Shown here one piece after another: positions 52,761-64,000 of a stretch of 64,000 nucleotides of DNA (positions within the stretch are counted from its first letter, which is position 1; each line of letters starts with the position of its first letter). A program made the translations under genes and the position numbers. This stretch comes from Paraspadella gotoi (Eukaryota; Animalia; Chaetognatha): NCBI GenBank assembly GCA_051294375.1, contig CM119266.1, positions 8,995,166-9,059,165 on the forward strand, written 5' to 3'. The notes beneath the pieces are model-generated. The model was not told the DNA's origin and searched no databases. It worked only from the letters and a program-made list of their open reading frames with translations.

Positions 52761-54230
52761 ACGGTCCCTGACGACCTCTATGCCCCAACGACCAACCGTG
52801 CCGAGTCGGCGATGAAAGTCTTCCGATAGTTTATTAGAGAGATCCGTCAGGCGATGTGTTGATGGCTATCAGGATTGATACCAGCCGATAGGCGAATATG
52901 AAAACAACCAAATTAGAAATGTCCTCGAGAAAAATTACAGCAATTCAATATTCGTAACGAGAGGCAGAAAGATAAGGCCGCCCAGAAAGCAATGACGATC
53001 TTTCCTAATCGGAGGAGGTGTCGACAGTATTAGTTTACGGCAATTCGGGTCCACAACAACCCTTTTTTAAATTAGGTAATTGAATTTTTAGATTAAAAGT
53101 CTTCCATTTGTTAATTTCAGATGCGGTATTTTGTTACATTCCCATCATATAGTATTTTACCAAATGTGAGTCATATAACTGCTAAAATACCGGTTATAGC
53201 CGATTATATTTGAAAAATAACCTCACTTCTACAGGCTGTTAAAGATTTTCTTTAGTTCAACGTATTAATTCCATTAATAAATGTCTATTTACATGTATTT
53301 TTGTTAAATAAAAGAAAGCCCAAATGTTTTTAATATTTTTTAAAATCTAATCCATTAATGCCTTCTTCATATAACACCAGATATTATGGCCGAGGCCGAG
53401 TTCCGATTCGTCGAAAGTTCGTGCGAAATGAGGGCTAAAAAATGGTGTATACAAGTATGTTTATCGGGTAATTCTTCTGCTAGGGCTGGTGAAAGTCAAT
53501 AGAGGTCGGAGACACAACACAATAACATGTTATTTGAAGTCAACACAAGGAGATAGGAAAGTGGATGACAGGCTTGGTTTTTATTCAGAGGTTCCTGATG
53601 AGTCTGACGTTTTTTCAATGATGTTACTTGTTTTTAGATAATCTTTTTGGGACAGTTTGTTGTATGGTTGTTAATAAAAAAAATACATTCAAATACTTTT
53701 TGTTTTTATATGACTGGTGAAAGTAAATTCCTAAAAATGTTTTTTGATTTATGTGAAAGTTAAGAATGTCTGAGGCAGAGTTTGGGGGATCAGAGTTGGC
53801 GGTGCTTTTACACTTTATCGTTCAGTAACGGTCCAGGCTGGAATTGGGACGCGGTCGTTCAAACCGATTTTCTCGGTACTAAAAATTTATCATTAATAAT
53901 CATGGACGGAGTGTTACACAATTTTGCAGGAAATAACGTTGTAGGATATTGATTCGGTCGAATAAATAATCACTCGCGGGACTTACTTTTTCATGGATGT
54001 TGACGGGGTTAACACAATAGTCGTATATTCTTTCTTTCTGACTTTCAAGGCCCTCGCATTTTTTGCCTTTTTATTCTTTTTATTCGTTCTTCTCCATTTT
54101 CTTTATTCTCTCTCCTCTCTCTCTCCTTTTTCTCTTTTCTCTTTTTATTCTTAATTTTCCTTTTTGTTCTTTGTTTGAATGGGTTCCTTCTCTCTCTCTC
54201 TCTCTCTCTTCTCTCTTCTCTCTCTTCTCT

Positions 54231-54261
<31 letters not shown>

Positions 54262-54915
54262 TTCTGACAGCATCATCCTCAAGGGGTGGGGGCAACCAAC
54301 TAATGAGATCATTTGGACCTGGCTAGGCTCAATACAATTTAGTCAATTGACGAAAAAGTGCTCTTGGTACCTTTTTTATCCGTTAGCACGAAGGGTGTTC
54401 AACCAATTTTAACACCAAGTAGTGCAATCTTATTTTTTTACCCTACAACATATTTTTCTAGATGTAAATGAAGATTCTAACACTTTTCACATTTAGGTGC
54501 ACCATTTTAGAGATACAGCATCACTCTTTTAACGTATCGTCGTTATCCCAGAAGGTCCTGTCGTTTATAGAGAGACGTACGATTGTTATCATCATCGTCA
54601 TTATGCTGATACTCAGCGTCTGCGACCTCCTCATTATCATAATCATTACTATCATCCTCGGGATCAACATCATCATCATTTTCCTCATCATCATCATCAC
54701 TACCATCGTATATTCGTTCGTTCATCGTCCGCTGTCGTTCTCGTTCGTTTTCGTCGTCTCGTCCACGGCGCCAAAAATCCTATTGTGTTGAATTCGACGC
54801 CGTGGGCTGTCCGTCGATCCGGAGCGGAATGCATGACCTTTGACCCTGACGACGACGACGACGACGATGGAGCGCCCGTCGGGAACCGATTAAACGGGGT
54901 TTTTTTCGCAAAGAG

Positions 54916-54997
<82 letters not shown>

Positions 54998-55964
54998 CGA
55001 GCAAAACAGGACAGTGAGTTCAAAGAGATGCTTCCTCGGATTTGCCAATCACGCGGAAGAAAGAACAAATAAACATATCTTTGTTCTATATAATTTTCTT
55101 ATGAATCATGTGATTCTTGTACTATTTTCTTGTCAAGCAACGTCTTACGTAGCAGAAAGCTTGGGACGTCAATGTGAACTTAGAATCTACATATCAGAAC
55201 AACCAACAACCAAAACAACGACCGCAAGAAAACCATAAACGTACACAACGCACAAACCATGACCCTAGCCCAAACCAACAGCTCCACACATTTATCCCGA
55301 CCGCTGACCGCCGCTTGATTCACGAGTTAACGTATTTCCATTGTATAAACACGATCAATTATTCATTTTTCTGGTTTCAGCTGATCGCGTTTCTTGAACT
55401 TGAAGAAGTCTTATCTCGTTTTTCTTCATTACTCCGTCAGAACCCGAATGGAGCAGGCAAAAAAAGAAGCGGGACAAAAAAGCGGGGAAAAGAAAGAAGC
55501 GGAATAAAAAATGGAAAGAAGAGAAAAAGGGAAAAAGTGCCCTAGTGAAGTAAGCAAAATAGAATGGAAGAATCAAATGATTAAAAAAAGAAAGAGCAAG
55601 CAGTGTGGCGCGCTCGTGCGGGTAGCTTTGGCGATGGGTGCTTAGTATTCTTGGGTTCCGCTAAAGAATACTAGATTTCGTATTTATGATATAAACGATT
55701 AATAAATTAATTTAATTTCTAATTATTTTAATTAATTTAACTTAAATTTAAATTAAACTATATACCTATAAATATTCTATACGTAATATCATTGTTATCA
55801 AATTATCATTGTGAAGTTACTACCGAGCAATCGGAGGAGGAACGAGAGTAAACAGATACTCGCCAACTAGTAAAACAGAAAACAATGAACGAATTGCGCT
55901 AATATTGTATTCCATAACAATGATGCGTGTTTCATAAAGAGAACTTACTATTTAATAACTAAAT

Positions 55965-57536
55965 TGGTTACATTAGGTGATTGTGACCCCCACGTGGATT
56001 GCGCCAAGAAATATGGCGCCCACAAAGACTTGACTTGTCGCACTTATTAATTTGTAGCACAGGCCGAACGGCAGGATTAGTGCCAGTGTACGAAATTGGC
56101 GCCCAATTAGGATTGCCGCTGCCGTATATTTCCCGCCCAATTAATTTACGCCCAGTAGGTAATTGCGCCCACATTAGGATGATGCGCCCACATGAATTGG
56201 GGCGCCAAAAGGATTGCAGGACCCCCAAGGAATTGGGCCAGGTATAAATTGTAACCCGTACTAGAGTCTGACGGTCACCCATACGGATTTGCGGCCCATA
56301 GGATTAGCAGGGACACCACATAAGTTGATTTGGGCCCACAATGCAGATATGGTGTCCCACACTATAACATCGGACGACCAGAGCAAATATGAATTGGGGA
56401 TCCACGTAGGACTTCGGGCCCACATCCAATTAGGCACTCACATATGTGTATTGGTCCCATGTGCGCATTGGCCCAGCCTTGATAGGATGTGAGCCCTGAT
56501 GGCGTTTGCGGCCCGCGTTTAGAAAATAGTTTTAGTATTTGAATTGTGTCTTTTGGCTAGGGACGGACAACATTAACGTTATATTAATCTATGATAATGA
56601 TCATCTTGTTAAAAAATAAATCTTAGATATAAGTTTTGGATGGATGTCTTGATAGAGCACAAAAATATTAAATAAAAAATAGTAATTATAGTACTTTTTC
56701 AGATTTTCTTGGTTAATTAAGAGAAAGAAAATTATGGTGTGGCACCGGTAATCTAAATATAGATTATCGTTAAAATTAATAGCACACTTCGTTATGATTC
56801 TAGATTAAGGATAAAATTATAAGAAGGATAATCCCCAAAATTTTAAAAAAATATACAAAAAAAAGAGATGAAGAGCAAGGAAGATATTCATAGTATTCGC
56901 CATGTAGGTCAAATAGCTACGTGGTTATAATGGCGTTAGACCCAATCCCTAATGTGGCTCAATTTTAATTACTATGGGCGCATCCCCCATACGTGAGGCC
57001 CTCTCATTCCTATGTGGGTGGAATCCTGAATGTGGTGGGCAGATCCTAAGATGGGGACGGAAGGTCCTACATGGGGACCCGAAATCCTATGGTGCGGCGA
57101 GAATCCATTAGGTGGGTTCTGGAAATCCGTAAGTTGGGGGCCCAATCCTATGTGGGGTATCAATTCTTATGGGCGCAAATATCTATGGGCTCAGATTCTT
57201 TGGGCCCATTTATGATGCTAAGTGGGTGCGAATCCACACCAGGGGTTGGCACATCCGTGTTTGGCGGCAATACTATGGAGTCGCATTCTAAACGGGGCGC
57301 TAGTTTTATGTGGCGCCTGCGGAATTTTTGTGGGCGGGAATTCCCACTACAGTGGCGGAACTCCGCTAAATGGGGACGCAATCTTCATACATTGGAGCCG
57401 GAATACTGAGGCGTTGGTGCTAATGTTCGGTGGATGTGGGTAATCCCACGCAATGCTACGCTTGGGTGGGTCAATCTTGGGCGTCATTTAATTGGGTCTC
57501 TCGATAATACGTTGGGCCGAATCAGCTGCGACTAGC
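55965..57536. mobile_element. Foldback-type element with long modular TIRs (~0.55-0.6 kb arms of ~19-bp subrepeats, ~0.4 kb AT-rich core)
   Basis: The left arm repeats gcgcccacattaggatt-like units and the right arm repeats their reverse complement (aatcctatgtgggcgc-like). The segment is absent from the inverted copy of this locus (empty site ~62951-62975). Confidence 0.7.
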
Positions 57537-60500
57537 TTATAAGCTAATGACTTGGCGTTTCTACTGTTCTTGCATTAGGCGCAATTGAAAAAATATGGCT
57601 AACGGCGGCTTTAGAGCGATAACGCAACAATTCAAAAAGACAGTCTTGAAAGTTAAAACGGGACACTTCGCAACATAATCAGCGATCGATATGAATGAAT
57701 TCAAAGAAGCGAACTCCATGATGCCCCAGCGACTTCGAACTTATCTCCACCCTCCACACCCTATTCGTATCGCCCGCCGCCCTCCGGAGACAATATCGTC
57801 GCATCGACGTCCGCAATAAGAGAATCGTAGATTCCGTCCTGGAAATCTGAGGCATAGAGCTCTGCGATTAACCGTCGAAACGGAGAGAAAGAAATAAGTT
57901 GAAGTCGTAAAGAAATGATTTTATGCGACTCTCGACCAAGACATGACACGACCGAGAGGCATTAGATCAAAGAGAGTGGTGGACAAAAAAAAAGGCATGT
58001 CCCAATACAAATAGATTAGTCTTTTAGGTTTTGGGTAGGGAGGTGAGAGTGGAGCAGAGAGAGAGAGAGGAGAGAACGCCGAGAGATGACGAGAGAGAGA
58101 GAAGAAGAGAGAGAGAAGAGAAGAGAGAGAAGAGAGCAGAGAGAGTGAGATAAAAGGAAATTCGACTGTACATTGTCTTCCTCATTTGATCCTTTGCCTA
58201 GTCTTGTCTTTCGCTTCAATTGACGAGAAAATAATTAAAATCGAAAGGAGTAAAAAGGCAATTTGAATGTTGTTGTATGTCGTCCCGTCGTTGTCGTTAT
58301 TTGTTGTTTGTTGTTTTTATTTTTCTCTTTTTGTATTTTAATTTTAGATTCTTGTTGTTGTTTGTTGTATTTATTGTTGTCAGAGTAAAGACATTTGTAT
58401 CTTGACTCCTTCGTTAATTATTATATTTTTTTGGTTTATTATCCTTTGTTTGTTTATTTTTCTATTAATTTACTGTTCTGGTTAAGCGGGCAGTTACCTT
58501 TCTTATTCCCGTTTTCTCTAAGTCCAGGCGCGGCATTGTTTATTTTTCATTTTTTTAAAGGGAATTTTCTCTTATAGTTGTTCTTATTTTTTCGGCAATT
58601 GTATATGGTTTCTTAATATTATATCGTTTTTTGGAATACTATTATCACTTATGTGTTTAAATTATTATTCTGTAGGTTTTTATAGTTGCATTTCTTGTTT
58701 ATTGTCTTTTTTCTGACTAACCAAAAAGTCTTATACGTACAAATTGATCTGTTTTCGTGCGCATCGCGTGTATTTCACAAAATGTGTTTTATTTGGGTAT
58801 TTTTTTGCTAAATGTATTAGACGTCTCAGTGGCTGTCCTAATCATCACGGTTCTCGAGGTAAATTTTATATAAAGAGAAAATATTAATAAAGTAATAATA
58901 AAATAACTGACAGAGGAATATTTATTTATTGACTAACAATCACAAACAAACGCTTCTTCCTGAAGTCTTCTCCAACAACTTTCTTCTCTGTTCGTCTCTT
59001 TCTCTCTTTACTCTGCAATATCCCCTCATTCGTCCTCTCTCCGTCTCTCAATCTCGTCATCCTCTCAGTCTTTTAAATCTCGCACACTCTTTCCTCTCAT
59101 ACTTACACACTTAAGAAGAATGTACCTCCTAGTCTGCTCTCTTCCCACATTCGCATCCTCCCGTCTCTCTCGTCACGTGCAACTCTCAACTCCCAATTCT
59201 TCCGTCTCATATAACTCTCTCCACTGCTCTCTAGAGAACATCACATCATCTCTTCTCATCTCTCTCTCTCTCTCGCTACCTCTCATCTCTCATATTTCGT
59301 CATACCGTTATCCTTCTCTTTATGACACCCTCGTCTCTCATTTCCAGTATTTCTTGCTCCAATTTCCAAGCTAAATACGATGCTCTTTTTTCCTCTTCTA
59401 CTTAATCGGATTTCTTTCTTTTTTTTTTCAGTGCGTGGTTTGTTATCGCCAGAGGACCGCGAGTGGCGCGCGGACGAAACGAACGAAGCGCTCATTGTCT
59501 TTTTGTTGTGTTTGATGAAGAGGCGACCTCAATCGGGTCTGCCCGAGATTGTCTGGGCGGGGGGGGGGCAGGCTGAGAGAAGGAAGAAGGGAGTAGTGAG
59601 AGATGGTCAGAAACAAAAGAACAAAGATTGAGAAGAGAGGAATAAAGAGCACATCTTGTCTTCTTTCATCCTTTTTAATACTCAGTCTCTCTCGGTCACT
59701 CTCCATCCGCGTCTCTCCCCTCAAAGATGGACTCTAATCTCGTTAAATCAGCACCCCTAACAGTCCAGTCTCTCCATCTCCACGTCCCCTCCTCACATTC
59801 TCTACTCTCGTTCTCGTCCTCTCATCTATTTCATCAATTATGATTCCTCAGAAATTATTTTAGTTTTTATCGACGAGGCAAATTTTTTCTCTTTCATTCC
59901 GATTTTCTGTCTCCCAGTCAGTATAAGTCTCGGTTTCCGGCTGTATCGACTGGCGCTGGGAATCAGCGGCCTTGGTCTTGGCGGGCGTTCCGCGCTTGCA
60001 CCACTGAAAATGAAAACACGGCGTTCAGCATTCGACGAAGGCGCTTGGAATCGGCAAAGGCTTGGCACCTCTTAGCGGCGCGCGTTGCCAAGGCCTTTGC
60101 AAACAGCCGATGCAGCGAGGGAGCAGCATGACGACGGCACTGGTGAGTTTAGCGGCATTGGTATTATGAAGGAGGGCAGCGCGGTCTTGTCTGCAATTAC
60201 GTAGTCTTATATACTCTCTTAATCAAACTGCATCAAAACACTGCTAATATATTGTCGAGTAATTAGTTCTTGCTTACTACATTTATTAATCATTATATTG
60301 ACTCTATTTCTTGCACGCAACATTTAACACATTAAATGTAATATCATTAACTAAAAGATATACAACAACAAAAGAACTAAGTTCTGCTATGCATAGAATG
60401 GCTGCGTGCAAGAAATTGAGAAATAAGGATGTCTCAGCTATTATACCCTTCTACAAGATTATGGTTCTTACGCCTGTTGGGGATCTCCACAATGAGGCNN

Positions 60501-60834
60501 NNNNNNNNNNNNNNNNNNNNNNNGAGAGAAAGATCGTAGACCGACGACCAAAACAAGAAAAAAAAAAGCTGAGCGAAGACGAAATCCTATCGTTTTCGGT
60601 AGTCGTCGTCGTTGTCGTCGTTATTGTTGTTGTCGTTGTTGTTGTAGCTGCCATTGTCATAGCTGTTTCTGTCGTCGTTGCTATGGATACCGTGGCATTC
60701 GTTATTTCTTTTAAACAGATGTGTAATTATAAAATGGGTGAAAATTTTAATTTCTGAAATGTCAAATGACTCTGAAATTATTCTTTAATGAGTGATCTTT
60801 CGTTAGCCGCCGTTTTCGGTAGTTACTCGTCGTT

Positions 60835-60869
<35 letters not shown>

Positions 60870-61156
60870 TAGAATCATCTTTCGATGTTTGCCGTCGACG
60901 TCGCCGACGCAAAATAACCGTTTTAACCTTTTCTCTTCACTCCCCCCCGCGCCCGTGCTTCTCTACTCACCTCCCTCTNNNNNNNNNNNNNNNNNNNNNN
61001 NNNNNNNNNNNNNNNNNNNNNNNNNNNNNNNNNNNNNNNNNNNNNNNNNNNNNNNNNNNNNNNNNNNNNNNNNNNNNNNNNNNNNNNNNNNNNNNNNNNN
61101 NNNNNNNNNNNNNNNNNNNNNNNNNNNNNNNNNNNNNNNNNNNNNNNNNNNNNNNN

Positions 61157-61609
61157 TTTTCTTCAATTAATGCCTCATTGTGGATCCCAACAGGTAAGAA
61201 CCATACTAGAGGGTAAATACTGAACAATACAATCTCACGCACCATCTATGCAAGCAAATTCTGTTGTTGAATTCTTAGTTAAAATTACATTTAATGTGTT
61301 AAATGTTGCTGCAAGAAATAAGTCAATAATGAATAATAAATAGTACAAGATTACAATATATTACAGTGTTTGATGCAGTTGATAAAGTTGACTCGTTGCA
61401 GCGCCGTGCCGCAATACCAATGCCGCTAAACGCCAGTGCCGTCGATGCTGTCCCTCGCTGCATCGCTGTGCAAAGGCCGGCAACGCGGCGCCGCAAGGCC
61501 AAGGCCGCCGATTCCAGCGCCGTCGATGCTGCAACGCCGTGCAACGCGGCGCCGCAAGACCAAGGCCGCTGATTCCAGCGCCGTCGAACGGAAAACCGAT
61601 TAACGAAGA
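61157..61609 (+). other. Possible exon-intron-exon fragment of an unidentified gene
   Basis: CAG|GTAAGA donor (intron start 61194), AT-rich 173-nt intron, TTACAG| acceptor (61366), then a GC-rich Ala-rich segment with a ~59-bp internal duplication. Bounded by N gaps. Confidence 0.35.
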
Positions 61610-64000
61610 NNNNNNNNNNNNNNNNNNNNNNNNNNNNNNNNNNNNNNNNNNNNNNNNNNNNNNNNNNNNNNNNNNNNNNNNNNNNNNNNNNNNNNNNNNN
61701 NNNNNNNNNNNNNNNNNNNNNNNNNNNNNNNNNNNNNNNNNNNNNNNNNNNNNNNNNNNNNNNNNNNNNNNNNNNNNNNNNNNNNNNNNNNNNGAGAGAA
61801 AGAAGAAGGTAGGGACTAGGGAAGAAGCGGTTGTAGCAATAAATAAATGATTTCTTCGTTATTTATTTTCTTTATTAATTTTTTCTCTTTATAAATTTCC
61901 TGGACCGATTGATAGACAGACTGAGTCAAATAGAAAAAAATACCCAAAAAAATTGAAAACGCGGCGACGAAAATGACTATGATTTTTGAGGAAAAAAGAT
62001 AAACAAAAATGATAAATAAACTAAAAATATTTAAAAAAAAGATAAATATTCAAAAAAGATATATAAACAAAAAAGGAAAATAAACAAAAAAGAAAAATTT
62101 AAAAAATAAAAATAAACAATGCGGTGACTTAAATAACGATGAAATACTGCCGCTACAACAAAAAAGAAAAATAAACAAAAAAGATAAATAAACCAAAAAA
62201 ATATATAATAACGAGAGGAGTAAGATACAAATGTCTTTACTCTGACAACAATAAATACAACAACAACAACAAAAATTAAAATAAAAACAAAAAGAAAAAT
62301 AAAAACAACAACAACAAAAACGACAACGACGACGACAACAACAACATCAAATTGCCTTTACTCCTTTCGATTTTTTATTTTCGTCATTGGCGAAGACGAA
62401 GGCAAAGATCAAAGGGGAAAGAAAGACATCGAATTTCCTTTNNNNNNNNNNNNNNNNNNNNNNNNNNNNNNNNNNNNNNNNNNNNNNNNNNNNNNNNNNN
62501 NNNNNNNNNNNNNNNNNNNNNNNNNNNNNNNNNNNNNNNNNNNNNNNNNNNNNNNNNNNNNNNNNNNNNNNNNNNNNNNNNNNNNNNNNNNNNNNNNNNN
62601 NNNNNNNNNNNCTATAAAGATATCATTTGTTTGGACATGCTTTTTTTTTGTCCACCCTCTTTGATTAATGCCTCTCGGTCGGTCAGTCTTGGTCGAGAGT
62701 CGTAAAAATCTTTCTTTACGACTTCAACTTATTTCTTCTCTCGTTCGACGGAGAATCGAGACTCGTAGCCTCAGATTTTCCAGGACGGAAACGATTCTTT
62801 ATTGCGACGTCGATGCGACGGCGAGGGGGGGCGGAGAGGGGGGGGCAATGGTTCGCTAATGGCGAAGTTCGTTACTTCAAGATGTTTTTTTATTGTTTCG
62901 CTAAAGCCGGAGCGATATTTTTTAAATTGGCTAATGGAAGAAATAAAACGCCAAGTCATTTAGTAAATATAGTTCTCTTTTGAAAACACGCATCATTTGT
63001 AGAGAATAAATATTAGGCAATTCGTCATTGTTTTGTTTTACTAGTGCAGTTTTGTTTCGTTGTATAATCACAATAAATTTGAAACAAATACGGAAGAAAT
63101 TAGGATAAATTAATTAATTAATTAATTAATTAAAATAAATTAATTAATTTTAAATAACGTTTTAATATAAAGGACGTAATCTAGTTTTTAGCGAACAAAA
63201 TCTAAGCAATCGCCAAGTACCGCCACGAGGCGCCACCTGCTTGCTCTTTTTTTTTCCATTTGATTTTCCCTGATTTCTTATTACTAGGATTTTTCCCTTT
63301 TTTCTCTCTTTCCATTTTTTTCCGCTTCTTTCTTTTCCCCGCTTCTTTTCCCGCTTCTTTTTTTTGCTTCTCCATCGGTTGACGTTAATGAAGAAAAACG
63401 AGATAAGATTCTTCAGTTCAGAAACGAAGCGAAACCAGAAAAGTAATTGCGTTCATACATGTGAATACGTTTAAGATCGAATCAACGCGGGTCAGCGGTG
63501 GGTAAATGTGTGGAGGTTGGTTGTGGGTAGGGATGGTTTGTGGTTGTGGGTCGTTGTTGTTGTTGGTTGTTGTTATCAGTCATTGACTCTGCTAGTAAGT
63601 TGACAAAAAAAACTAGAAAAAATATGTTTTTTTTTTCTTTTCTTCCCGTGANNNNNNNNNNNNNNNNNNNNNNNNNNNNNNNNNNNNNNNNNNNNNNNNN
63701 NNNNNNNNNNNNNNNNNNNNNNNNNNNNNNNNNNNNNNNNNNNNNNNNNNNNNNNNNNNNNNNNNNNNNNNNNNNNNNNNNNNNNNNNNNNNNNNNNNNN
63801 NNNNNNNNNNNNNNNNNNNNNNNNNNNNNNNNNNNNNNNNNNNNNNNNNNNNNNNNNNNNNNNNNNNNNNNNNNNNNNNNNNNNNNNNNNNNNNNNNNNN
63901 NAAGAGAAAAAGATAAAGAGAGGGAGAAAGAGAAGGAAAAAGGGGAAGAAATGATAAAAGAAAAAAACAGAAAAAAAGGGAGGAAAGAAAATCAAGAAAG

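Larger units (their letters stand above)
49311..54012 (-). mobile_element. Degraded piggyBac-like DNA transposon (one end visible, the other not found and possibly lost in the gap)
   Basis: The end reads ..gttgacGGGG-TTAA (54005-54012), i.e. TTAA-CCCC on the minus strand. The block is free of GA microsatellites and contains transposase-like motifs. Flank ~49240-49285 is repeated at ~54030-54078. Confidence 0.6.
55060..63650. repeat. Large inverted duplication: ~55060-60498 vs ~61170-63650
   Basis: Reverse-complement landmarks: 60300-60498/61170-61330, 59930-60200/61380-61610, 58200-58860/61900-62440, 57545-58015/62620-62960, 55060-55960/62960-63650. Arm 1 is insertion-rich and arm 2 deletion-rich; a 25-N gap lies at 60499-60523. 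Confidence 0.88.

Noticed and set aside
53590-53620. Hammerhead ribozyme core (cctgatgagtctgacg)
   Set aside because: CTGATGA and a short stem are present, but GTTT follows instead of the required GAAA.
58930-59840. Novel CT-rich low-complexity sequence
   Set aside because: It looks like a noisy long-read rendering of CT microsatellites; the matching part of the inverted arm is mostly an N gap.

Overview
AT-rich, microsatellite-laden eukaryotic (probably invertebrate metazoan) draft scaffold, almost entirely repeats and transposon debris. I recognised no intact host gene, rRNA, tRNA or CRISPR array. Most entries in the ORF track are translations of microsatellites or N-runs. The assembly is heavily patched with noisy long reads. 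It has six exactly-25-N gaps, the ~14.3-23.1 kb locus is present 3-4 times, and ~55-60.5 kb recurs inverted at ~61.2-63.65 kb. Recognisable biology: (1) a degraded Maverick/Polinton (adintovirus-like) gene block at ~1.4-2.6 kb; (2) a LINE ORF2 3' end at ~9.6-10.2 kb; (3) several Helentron/DINE-like HINE elements; (4) a ~151-bp tandem array at 37.7-41.5 kb that reads as whole TIR elements joined head-to-tail at TA/TAA, each with four G-tracts, with one unit inverted; (5) a degraded piggyBac-like element with extra coding-like segments at 49.3-54.0 kb; (6) a ~1.6-kb foldback element whose empty site is visible in the inverted copy. All family calls rest on motif recognition by eye, with no database searches.
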